From: an uncultured virus (IMG/VR IMGVR_UViG_3300033571_022590)
Lineage: Duplodnaviria > Heunggongvirae > Uroviricota > Caudoviricetes
IMG/VR virus record: IMGVR_UViG_3300033571_022590
Location: 1 to 64,000 of that record
Length of the DNA stretch: 64,000 nucleotides
Strand: one strand, 5' to 3'
This document shows, one piece after another, positions 8,568-18,300 of this stretch; positions within the stretch are counted from its first letter, which is position 1, and each line of letters starts with the position of its first letter. The position numbers and the translations under genes were made by a program. The notes beneath the pieces were generated by a model. It was not told where the DNA came from. It searched no databases and saw only the letters and a list, made by a program, of their open reading frames with translations.

Positions 8568-10067
8568 ATGGCAGAAGAGATACAACGCAGTCGCGGTAGA
8601 CCTGGAAATTATCGACAAGATCGCGGTGGCACACCAGCCGAATATGGTCCCTATCTGGGCATTGTAAAAAACAACGTGGACCCAACTCGGTCAGGACGTT
8701 TACAGGTTTACATTGAAGCCTTTGGAGATGGCGGCGAAAAAGACGACAACAAGTGGACCACAGTCAGTTATTTGCCGCCGTTTTATGGAGCCACACCCCC
8801 GGGCGGCAGCGCACGCGAAGGCACTGGCGGATATCCAGGCAATCAAAACAGCTATGGCATGTGGTTTACCCCTCCCGATGTGGGAGTAACTGTGGTTTGT
8901 ATATTTGTCAATGGTGATCGCAGTCAGGGCTATTACATAGGTGCTGTACCAGAAAACGGCATCAACCACATGGTGCCAGCTATAGGTGCCGAAGCCAAGT
9001 ACATTCCGGGCAATGCCAATCAGAAAACATATTTTGCTAATGCACCCTTGATGCCAGTTACAGAAATCAACAACAACAACATCAAGATTGATAACAACGC
9101 AAGATTTTTTGATCAACCCAAACCCATACAAAGTGTGGTAGCTGCCAGTTTTTTCCAACAAGGTGTGGCCAAAGATATCGAGCGCGGCCCCATACGCAGT
9201 AGCAGTCAACGTGAAAGTCCCAGTGCTGTGTTTGGCATCAGTACTCCGGGCATTCCCATTTATCAAGGCGGACTAACACCCAAGGACGCCAGACAAAAAC
9301 TCAATTCAGGCACAGTCAAGCCCAACGACATCAACGTGATTGGTCGCATGGGTGGGCATACATTTGTCATGGACGATGGCGACATCGATGGCAACAATCA
9401 ACTGTTTAGATTGCGCACAGCCAAAGGTCATCAGATCATGATGAATGACACAGGAAATTTTTTACAAATCATGCATGCCAACGGACAAACCTGGATTGAA
9501 CTAGGTGTGGAAGGCACTGTGGATGTATTCAGTACCAACAGCGTGAACATACGCACTCAAGGCGATCTCAATTTGCATGCCGATCAAGACATCAACATGT
9601 ATGCCGGGCGTGACATAAAAATGAAAAGCGCAGCCAGTACCACAATAGAATCTGCAGTGAACTTGTCTATGATTGCGCAGGCTTCGGTAGCCATATACAG
9701 CAAGGCCACAGTGGCAGTCAAGGCCGATGGTAGCTTGGCCTTGCAAAGCGAAGGCGGAAGCTGGAATGGAGGTGGAAGTTTGGCATTCACTGGCGGCGGA
9801 ATTGATTTAAATGGACCAGCAGCGGCTTCTGTGGTGGCGCCAACTCCCATACAAAAAACCACGCTGGATGACACAACATTTAATACCAGCACAGGTTGGC
9901 AGGTAGAAGCCGCAGCCTTGGAAAGCATTGTGTCTAGAGCACCCACACATGAGCCCTATCCCTATCACAACAAGGGTGTCGATGCACGAGTAACATTTGA
10001 GGAAGGATCTGCACCACCGCCAGCCAGTGAACCTGTGCCGTCTGGTGTGGAGATACAGGCGCTATGA
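8568..10067 (+). CDS. gp5/VgrG-like baseplate central spike (OB-fold plus beta-helix)
   Basis: GIVKNNVDPTRSGRLQVYI...YGMWFTPPDVG..V.CIF.NGD (Gp5 N-terminal OB domain), GHTFVMDD/GHQIMMND and beta-repeat region. Confidence 0.85.
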   Translation: MAEEIQRSRGRPGNYRQDRGGTPAEYGPYLGIVKNNVDPTRSGRLQVYIEAFGDGGEKDDNKWTTVSYLPPFYGATPPGGSAREGTGGYPGNQNSYGMWFTPPDVGVTVVCIFVNGDRSQGYYIGAVPENGINHMVPAIGAEAKYIPGNANQKTYFANAPLMPVTEINNNNIKIDNNARFFDQPKPIQSVVAASFFQQGVAKDIERGPIRSSSQRESPSAVFGISTPGIPIYQGGLTPKDARQKLNSGTVKPNDINVIGRMGGHTFVMDDGDIDGNNQLFRLRTAKGHQIMMNDTGNFLQIMHANGQTWIELGVEGTVDVFSTNSVNIRTQGDLNLHADQDINMYAGRDIKMKSAASTTIESAVNLSMIAQASVAIYSKATVAVKADGSLALQSEGGSWNGGGSLAFTGGGIDLNGPAAASVVAPTPIQKTTLDDTTFNTSTGWQVEAAALESIVSRAPTHEPYPYHNKGVDARVTFEEGSAPPPASEPVPSGVEIQAL

Positions 10068-11212
10068 GTCAATACACATTTATTGATCCAGACACCGGCA
10101 GAGAATTCACGGTCAAGGGCGGTTCAGGTCTTACAGAAGCACAGGCCTTTGACATTTACAATCAACAACGTGACACTGGTGCGCTGGTAAATCTCAAACC
10201 CGGGGACATACTCAGTGCCGCCAGTCAAGTTTCTGCGGGATTCGCAGGGGCCTTGTCGCAAGTGGCACAGGGCTTGGCCGGTATTGCAGGAAGTGCCACT
10301 GGAGCCCTGGGCGGCGCCATAAACAAAGTCAAACAAACAGCCACTGGTCTTATTTCAGCACCAACCTTGAGCAATGGACTAACCGGTGCGTTGGGTACAG
10401 CTCGCAGTGTGGCCAGTCAGGCCTTGTCTGGGATAGCCACGGCTGCCAAGTCTTTGCCAGTCACAAATGGTATCACAGTGGCCAACTACGCCAAGCAGGC
10501 CACAGCCTTGATGCCAATCAAGGGCGTTGTGTCCAATATTACAGCATTGTCGTCACTGCCGGTAACAGGACTCACCAACAACAATGTTACTGCCACCTTG
10601 GCACAGGCGCAAAAGCTTACTGGACAATCATCCTCGGCAATTTCAAACTCCCTGGGTGTAGGCAAATATGGTCTTAGTTGCACACAACTAGAACTAGCAG
10701 GGGTGGTCAAACCAGGCACCTATAGCAAGTACTTGGCATCAGGCACTGGCAATCTTACATCGGTGTTAAACAGTCCGGCTGTGTGGACTGGTAAAAATGG
10801 CATCAAAAATGTGGATAATCTTTTGAGTTCCACAGTGAGTCAAGACAAAATACAACAAACGCTCATGACCAATGGTCTACAGAGTGTGGCACAATTGGGC
10901 ATTCCGGTGAGTCAGTTAAATCCACAACAGTTGGCAGGCACTGCTCTTAATGCGGCCAAATCTGCTGCGGACACAGTGTCCTGGGCCACCGGTGCCCTGG
11001 GCGGTTCAGCTAAGACAGAATATGATACCACTGCTAGAGATGCGGCTTATGCCGTGGATTTCAGTGAGGAAAAAATTGACACTGCCATGAGTGATCAAGA
11101 AGTTCCTCCTGCAGCCACACAAACAGTAGATCGTAACACACTTGATGCCGCGGTGAATCGTATCATAGGTAACAAGAAAATCCCCACAGTTGATTATACC
11201 AGTGATGCCTGA
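10064..11212 (+). CDS. Putative virion protein, Ala/Gly/Thr-rich, with a possible degenerate lysozyme-like segment
   Basis: Overlaps the gp5-like stop (ATGA); contains GVGKYGLSCTQLELAGVVKPG...WTGKNGI. Confidence 0.5.
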   Translation: MSQYTFIDPDTGREFTVKGGSGLTEAQAFDIYNQQRDTGALVNLKPGDILSAASQVSAGFAGALSQVAQGLAGIAGSATGALGGAINKVKQTATGLISAPTLSNGLTGALGTARSVASQALSGIATAAKSLPVTNGITVANYAKQATALMPIKGVVSNITALSSLPVTGLTNNNVTATLAQAQKLTGQSSSAISNSLGVGKYGLSCTQLELAGVVKPGTYSKYLASGTGNLTSVLNSPAVWTGKNGIKNVDNLLSSTVSQDKIQQTLMTNGLQSVAQLGIPVSQLNPQQLAGTALNAAKSAADTVSWATGALGGSAKTEYDTTARDAAYAVDFSEEKIDTAMSDQEVPPAATQTVDRNTLDAAVNRIIGNKKIPTVDYTSDA

Positions 11213-11214
11213 TC

Positions 11215-11222
11215 TATAAATA
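11215..11222 (+). promoter_or_regulatory. T4 late promoter consensus TATAAATA
   Basis: Exact match 5 nt upstream of the gp25-like ATG at 11228. Confidence 0.75.
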
Positions 11223-11227
11223 TTGAC

Positions 11228-11602
11228 ATGACCACATTTATTGGATTCAACACCATTGGACAACGCAAAAAATTCACCCTAGTGGATTTTCCCTTAATTC
11301 AACGCGATTTGCTCAATGCTTTTAACATACGTCAAGGCGAGTTGCCTGGTAGACCAGCCTATGGAACTGTGATGTGGGACTTTATTTTTGAAAATCAAAT
11401 TGAAGAACTACAACGCAACGTTGAGATTGAAGTACAACGAGTGGCCGGCGGCGATCCTAGGATCCAAGTCAGCAACGTACAGGTATTCCCACAAGAAAAC
11501 GGTTTGTTGATACAGTTACAAATCACTATTTTACCCACCACTAACGCAGAAATTCTCAGCATATTTTTTGATCTGCAACAACGTCGTGCCAGCTACATCT
11601 AA
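11228..11602 (+). CDS. Baseplate wedge subunit, gp25-like
   Basis: DLLNAFNIRQGELPGRPAYGT.MWDFIFE...DPRI, the GPW/gp25 signature. Confidence 0.9.
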   Translation: MTTFIGFNTIGQRKKFTLVDFPLIQRDLLNAFNIRQGELPGRPAYGTVMWDFIFENQIEELQRNVEIEVQRVAGGDPRIQVSNVQVFPQENGLLIQLQITILPTTNAEILSIFFDLQQRRASYI

Positions 11603-11631
11603 AACTCTGCCGTTTTAGATCTCAATAAATA
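11597..11631 (+). promoter_or_regulatory. 9-bp inverted repeat (ATCTAAAAC-6-GTTTTAGAT) directly followed by late promoter AATAAATA
   Basis: Arms at 11597-11605 and 11612-11620; AATAAATA at 11624-11631, upstream of the ATG at 11653. Confidence 0.55.
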
Positions 11632-11652
11632 CTGTCAACAAGGCTGGTATAC

Positions 11653-14600
11653 ATGGCAAAAACCACAAGACAAACTGCAATATTTGGCGTAGAGGACTGG
11701 AAGCAGATCTATCAAACCTATCGTGAGGCTGATTTCCAGAGTTATGATTTTGAAACTCTGCGCAAGAGCTTTATTGATTATCTGCGCCTGTACTATCCTG
11801 AAACTTTCAATGATTATATTGAAAGCAGCGAGTTTATTGCCCTGCTAGATGTGATTGCATTTATGGGTCAAAGTCTGGCCTTTCGCACCGACCTAAACAC
11901 ACGTGAAAATTATCTAGACACCGCCGAACGCAGGGATTCGGTCACACGTTTGGCCAACTTGATCAGCTATACTGCCAAACGCAACACAGCCGCTTCAGGA
12001 TTCTTAAAAGTGTTTAGTGTGCAGACCACAGAAAATGTGATAGACTACACCGGCACCAATCTCAGCAATGTCACAGTGGATTGGGCAGATCCCACTAATC
12101 CAGACTGGCAGGAGCAATTTACCACAATTATCAATGCGGCCTTGGTAGACAGTCAAAAAATTGGTCGCCCTGCTAATCGTCAAACCATTCTGGGTGTGCG
12201 AACCGACGAATACAGCATTAATCTTGTGCCTGGGTTTTTGCCAGTGATTCCCTATAATGCCACCATAGATGGCATTGCCATGCCTTTTGAAGCTGTAACT
12301 TCAACATCGGTAGATCGTGACTACATTTATGAACCTTCTCCAGTGGCCAGTTCGGTGTTTAATGTGCTGTACAAAAATGATCAACTGGGATTTGACAGTG
12401 CTAATACTGGCTATTTCTTTTATTTCAAACAGGGCACACTACAAAACCAAGACTTCAATCTCAGCGAGCGCATAGCCAATCGAACTGTGAACATCAACAT
12501 AGAAGGCATCAACAACGAAGATCGTTGGCTGTTTCAACTAGACAACGTGGGCAATATTTCGCGTGAGTGGACCTATGTGGAAAATATCTATTCTGCAGCC
12601 GTGGAACAAACGGCCGGTCTAAGACCCATTTACTCTACCACAAGTCGTGCCAACGATCAAATCACCATGGTATTTGGCGATGGTGTTTTCAGTGAAATTC
12701 CTGTGGGCATATTCCGCGCCTATGTGCGTGCTTCAAACGGCTTGCAGTATATTATCAACCCAGAAGAAATGCAAAACGTTGTGTTGCCTATAAGTTATAT
12801 CAGTCGGTCTGGCAATCTAGAAACCATTACCTTTACTTGCGGCATCACAAGACCTGTCAGCAATGCACAAAGTCGAGAACCCATTGCAGAAATCAAGCAA
12901 CGTGCACCAGCTAGATACTACACACAGAATCGCATGGTCAACGGTGAAGACTATAATTTGTTTCCGTTTACCTTGTACAACAGCATCATAAAGAGCAAGG
13001 CTGTGAATCGTGCCAGCATTGGCACCAGCAGATATCTTGACCTAGTGGACAATACCGGCAAGTACAGTTCAACCAACAGTTTTGGCAGCGATGGCGGATT
13101 ATGGAATCAAGACATACTGCCCACAATCTTGTTTTCTTGGACCAATCGCAATGAAATTGCCGATGTAATCACCAATCAAATTCAGCCCAAGATCTTGGAA
13201 AGCACCATGAAGCAATTTTATTATGCAAACTTCCCAAGGCAATTGGTCAACAAATTTGATTTTGTATGCCAATCTACCACAGCTACCTTGAACACAATCA
13301 CAACCAGTAGCACAGAATTTTTTGCTTTGGCTGCTAAAGGACAAATTGTGGCAGGCTCGCCCATAGTGTTTACAGACACCTTGGGTGGACTCACTGCTGG
13401 GTTGCCATATTTTGTACGCACCATCAATGCTACAAATTCAACTTTTACAGTCAGCACGGCTCCCAATGGACAAAACAGTATTTTGACCACGGCCACGGGT
13501 GCCATGAATGCCACAGTGACCTTGACCACAGGCGGCACAAACTGGAATCAAAGCACTACATTGGCAAACGAAACCACAGGGTTTTTTAGAAATGCCGCAC
13601 TAGAACCAGTGTCGGTGGGTGAATCCAATTCCACTGTGGTAAAATATGCTGTGGTTGGCAGCCTTATAAGATTTACGCCACCCACAGGCTACTACTTTGA
13701 TGTCAACAATAGATTGCAACTGGGAGTGCCAACTAGAGCCGGAGAAAGTTTGGAAATTTGGGCCAGCCCCATACGCATCATAGGCGATGGCGATGGCGAT
13801 GGTCTGGGCAATTTGTCTGATGGAAGTGGACCAGTGATCTTGAACAATTTTGTGCCAACTGGTGCTATCATGGACATTGTTATTCCAGTGTTTGCCACAG
13901 ATCTTCCACTGAGTATTCAAACACAAATGACCGAACAATTTTTGTTGTTTAGAAATTTTGGTCTTGGCTACGACAACGACGGTTCAATAACCGGAGTACC
14001 ATACTCGTGGTACTTGATAACATCTACCAATCTTGATGTAGATGCCACCTGGAGCGAACAGTATGCTGGCAATACCACTGGAGCCAATTTAGATGCAAGT
14101 TGGCTGATTCAATTTGTAGTGGTAAATCAAAATTATACCATAACCTTTCGTGGACTCAGCTACAGCTTTGGCAGTGTGCTACAAACACGCTTCTTTTTCT
14201 ATGATGGACAACAAATATATGACAGTCGCACCGGTACAGTGATCAAGGACTATATCAATGTGCTGGCTGTAAATACTCGGCCAGACTCTGCCTTGCCCTT
14301 GAGTGGCGATATCATAATGAACATAACTGGTCAGCCAGTTGAAAGTGATGGCTATGTTGATGACTTCCAGGTTCAAGTGGGATTCAGAGACAGCGACAAT
14401 GATGGCATTCCTGACAATCCAGATTTCTTTGATGAGATTGTGGCGGCCAATATTAACTCCAATCAAAAATATGTGTTTTTTCAACAGACCGTGGATTTTG
14501 ATAACTTACAACGTTATCTCTTGGTAGAACCTGGAGTAGTCAACAGTGATTATGCCACGCTGGATGATATTGAAGCAGAAAAATTCAAATGGAGTCCGGG

Positions 14601-15348
14601 TCAGGTATTTTATGCATATACCGAAAATACATTCTATCGACTCAGTAGAGAAGTCACAGGCAATTTGATCTTGACCGAAGTCACAGGATGGCTGGCTCGT
14701 GTTGGACGACAAAGTTTGTACTATCAGTATCGACACAATTCGCCCTTGACTAATCGTATTGATCCAGGCACCACCAACATCATTGACCTTTACGTGGTCA
14801 CACAGGAATACTACACAGCCTATCAGAACTGGTTGCGTGATACTACCAATACCATACTGGAACCCGAACAACCCAGCATAGATGATCTTAACACAGCTTA
14901 TCAAAATCTCAACGACTACAAGATGCTGAGTGACAACGTGGTCCTTAACTCTGTAACATTTAAACCCCTGTTTGGCGCCAAGGCCGAGGCCACACTGCGT
15001 GCCACCGTCAAGGTGATTCGTGCGCAAGGATCAACTGCCAGCACCAGTGAAATAAAAAGTTCTGTAGTGGCACAAATGAACAGCTATTTCAGCATAGATA
15101 AATGGAATTTTGGAGATACATTTTACTTTTCAGAACTGGCAGCTTTTCTGCATAGACAATTGGGTAGCATTGTAAGCAGTGTGGTTCTAGTACCTCTGGA
15201 TCCTGAAAAATCCTTTGGCGACTTGTATGAAATACGCAGTCAGCCCAATGAAATTTTTGCCAATGCTGCTACAGTCGACAACATTGACGTGATTGAAGCT
15301 TTGACCAGCACCAATCTACGCACAGCCCCAGGTAGTGGAGTGATTTAA
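11653..15348 (+). CDS. Baseplate wedge protein, gp6-like
   Basis: SYDFETLRKSFIDYLR...FNDYIESSEFIALLD.IA, ENYLDTAERRDSV.RLA, FGDG.F and APARYYTQNRMVNGEDY are gp6/BaseplateJ hallmarks. Confidence 0.9.
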   Translation: MAKTTRQTAIFGVEDWKQIYQTYREADFQSYDFETLRKSFIDYLRLYYPETFNDYIESSEFIALLDVIAFMGQSLAFRTDLNTRENYLDTAERRDSVTRLANLISYTAKRNTAASGFLKVFSVQTTENVIDYTGTNLSNVTVDWADPTNPDWQEQFTTIINAALVDSQKIGRPANRQTILGVRTDEYSINLVPGFLPVIPYNATIDGIAMPFEAVTSTSVDRDYIYEPSPVASSVFNVLYKNDQLGFDSANTGYFFYFKQGTLQNQDFNLSERIANRTVNINIEGINNEDRWLFQLDNVGNISREWTYVENIYSAAVEQTAGLRPIYSTTSRANDQITMVFGDGVFSEIPVGIFRAYVRASNGLQYIINPEEMQNVVLPISYISRSGNLETITFTCGITRPVSNAQSREPIAEIKQRAPARYYTQNRMVNGEDYNLFPFTLYNSIIKSKAVNRASIGTSRYLDLVDNTGKYSSTNSFGSDGGLWNQDILPTILFSWTNRNEIADVITNQIQPKILESTMKQFYYANFPRQLVNKFDFVCQSTTATLNTITTSSTEFFALAAKGQIVAGSPIVFTDTLGGLTAGLPYFVRTINATNSTFTVSTAPNGQNSILTTATGAMNATVTLTTGGTNWNQSTTLANETTGFFRNAALEPVSVGESNSTVVKYAVVGSLIRFTPPTGYYFDVNNRLQLGVPTRAGESLEIWASPIRIIGDGDGDGLGNLSDGSGPVILNNFVPTGAIMDIVIPVFATDLPLSIQTQMTEQFLLFRNFGLGYDNDGSITGVPYSWYLITSTNLDVDATWSEQYAGNTTGANLDASWLIQFVVVNQNYTITFRGLSYSFGSVLQTRFFFYDGQQIYDSRTGTVIKDYINVLAVNTRPDSALPLSGDIIMNITGQPVESDGYVDDFQVQVGFRDSDNDGIPDNPDFFDEIVAANINSNQKYVFFQQTVDFDNLQRYLLVEPGVVNSDYATLDDIEAEKFKWSPGQVFYAYTENTFYRLSREVTGNLILTEVTGWLARVGRQSLYYQYRHNSPLTNRIDPGTTNIIDLYVVTQEYYTAYQNWLRDTTNTILEPEQPSIDDLNTAYQNLNDYKMLSDNVVLNSVTFKPLFGAKAEATLRATVKVIRAQGSTASTSEIKSSVVAQMNSYFSIDKWNFGDTFYFSELAAFLHRQLGSIVSSVVLVPLDPEKSFGDLYEIRSQPNEIFANAATVDNIDVIEALTSTNLRTAPGSGVI

Positions 15349-18300
15349 TGGCACGCACACGGTCAGTAGATTTTTTACCAGAAATATTTAGAACCGAAGC
15401 CAACAAACAATTTTTGTCGGCTACATTGGACAATCTCATTCAAGAACCCAAGTTCAAAAAGACTCAGGGGTTCATTGGACGCACTGTGGGACCTGGTGTC
15501 AACCCCAATGACAAATACGTGGTTGAACTTGATAAAACCAGAGCTGACTATCAGCTTGAACCGGGTGTAGTCAGTCTTAGACCCGACACCAACGAAATAC
15601 AAGAAGTAATAACCTATCCTGGCATGGCCGATGCCATATCATTTCAAGGTGGTCAGGGAAATCGTGCCGATCGCCTGTACGAGAGTGATTACTATACTTG
15701 GGATCCGTTTGTAGACTTTGACAGTTTTGTAAACTACAGCCAGTATTATTGGGTGCCCAACGGACCAGACGCAGTTGATGTGTCGGCCACGGGTGTTCCC
15801 ATTACCAACAGTATCACAGTCACACGTGAAAATGGCGTGTACACATTCAGCGGAGTAGTAGGCGACAATCCAACTCTGGAACTAGTGCGTGGCGGAAATT
15901 ACACCTTCAACGTGGCACAAAACGACAAAGAAACTGTGAACTATCGTGTGACCAACAAAGGCAACAGCAGTTACACAATTGATTATCAAGACAATCCTTC
16001 CTTGACCTTGGTGCGTGGTAACACCTATGTGTTCAATCTAACTCTGCAGGGAATTTTTCCGTTTTGGATCAAGACACAGCCGGTGTTGGGCTTGGCCAAT
16101 GCCTTTAATACTGGAGTCAGTCGAAATGGTAGTACCATAGGTTTAATTACCTTTACAGTACCACAAGACGCCCCCGACACTCTGTACTATATTGCAGAAA
16201 ATCAAATCAACATGCAGGGCGTGCTCAACATTGTAGACGGCATACCAGGCACAGGGCCAGGCTTTTGGATTCAGACCAGTCCTGGTGTTACGGGGCAAGT
16301 CCCCACAGCACCAAATATTTCCAGCAGAGATGTGTTTGGAGTCATTAACAACGGTGAGGATCTTGGCACAGTAACGTTTAATGTACCCCTCAAAACAGCA
16401 CAACAATACTACTATGATCTTCCAGATTTTGGCACACCTGTAGATCTTGTGACAGATTTGAAATTTGATCAGATCAATAATCAACGCTTGGATGTGTTTC
16501 TGGCCGAATATGGCGGCATTGACGGTGTCAGTGCTTTGGCCAATAGAACCTTGATTTTCACCAACCCATTGACTGATGCTGTTGACGGTGGCTGGCAACG
16601 CACAACAAGATTTGACCCTTTAGGTCAGGATGTTGCCAACAATGGTTTGTTGGGCAGTTTTGATTCCACTCTGTACAGTCAAACTTCAGAGATACCTGTA
16701 GATCAACGTTATCAACTGTATCAAATTACCTTGGATATCAGCAACGGATATGCTTATATGCAGTTGAATCGCATTGCCGATATTCCTGTATTGAACAAAT
16801 TTACTATAAGATACGGCGATGTGTACAGCAGTACTAACTGGCTCAAAGACAGCAGCGGAAGATTTCAACAGATACCGTTGCTGACTGCTGTGAATGATAT
16901 TCTATACTATCAAGACGGTAATGACCCTGAAATTTTTGGCGAAATAAAGCTGATAGATGTAGAGGGAAGAACCACGCTTGACATCAACGATATCATTGGT
17001 AAAAAGAATTATACCAGCCCCAACGGTGTAGTATTCACCAATGGATTAAAGGTAGTTTTTCGTGGTCTAGTTGAGCCTCCCAACTATAGCTCGGGCAGTG
17101 TAGTATTTGAATGTTCGGCCACGGCTGATGAAATCAATGCTATAACCACAACCAACACAGACATACTGTATGTGGGTCAGGAAGTTTCGTTCCAGGCACC
17201 CACACTGGGCGGTCTTGTAGCTGGACAAACCTACTATGTGCAAAGCATTGTAAATCAGTTTCAGTTCACTGTGAGTGACATGATCGGTGCTGGTGCTGTG
17301 GCCTTGTCCACAGCCACAGGGCTCATGACAGCGGTCAGTGTGAATTATCGTGAATATTATGTAGCCGGTGTTGGCACTGAAATAAATTTGATTCCGGTCA
17401 CAGAACTTAATCTATATGAACCCTATGTGACTGATGCCAACGACAGCACCGTGATTCGGGAACCCGCAACACCCGACTATATCACTATAGATCGAAACAG
17501 CATGAGCCGCAATCCCTGGAGTAGAAGCAATCGCTGGTTCCATGTAGATGTGATCAATGCCACGGCTGCCTACAACAACACTGTGCCAATACTGGACAAC
17601 AATCGTAGAGCCAAACGTCCAATTTTGCAATTTAGACCCAACATCAGACTGTTTAACATGGCACCTGAGTGTGTGGAACCAGTGGATATCATAGATTTTG
17701 TAGTGGCCGATGCATTTGGTACTGTGCAAGGCAGCACCGGATATACCGTAGACGGATATGAATTGGTCAATGGTAGTCGCATTATTTTTGCAGCAGACAC
17801 CGATGCCGAAGTGCGCAACAAAATTTGGTTGGTAGAATTTATCATACCCAACAGCGCCACCCTGATCACGGCAGATAATTTGTCGCCTGGGTTGGTGTAC
17901 ACAATTATATCGTTAGGCAACACCGATTGGAACGCAGTGGCTGGCACCACTGGAATCAGCTATGCTGTTGGCAACATTATCACTGTGGCAGAAGTTGGAA
18001 CTGGTACTGGTCTGGCTGAATTTAATCAGCCTGTGATTAATTTGACATTGGCTCCAGATGGTGTTGTTGCGCCAGATCGTGCCACACATACCATGAATGG
18101 TGAAACTGGACAAGGCATTTCATATTGGTATGATGGGGTTGAGTGGATAGTGGCTCAACAAAAACTTGGTGTCAATCAGGCACCCTTGTTCAATGTGTAC
18201 GACGCGGATGGAGTCAGCTTCAGTGATCAAATAAAATATCCGTCCAGCGATTTTGTAGGTAGCAAACTGTTCAGCTATGCACCTGGTGAAACCGGTATTC

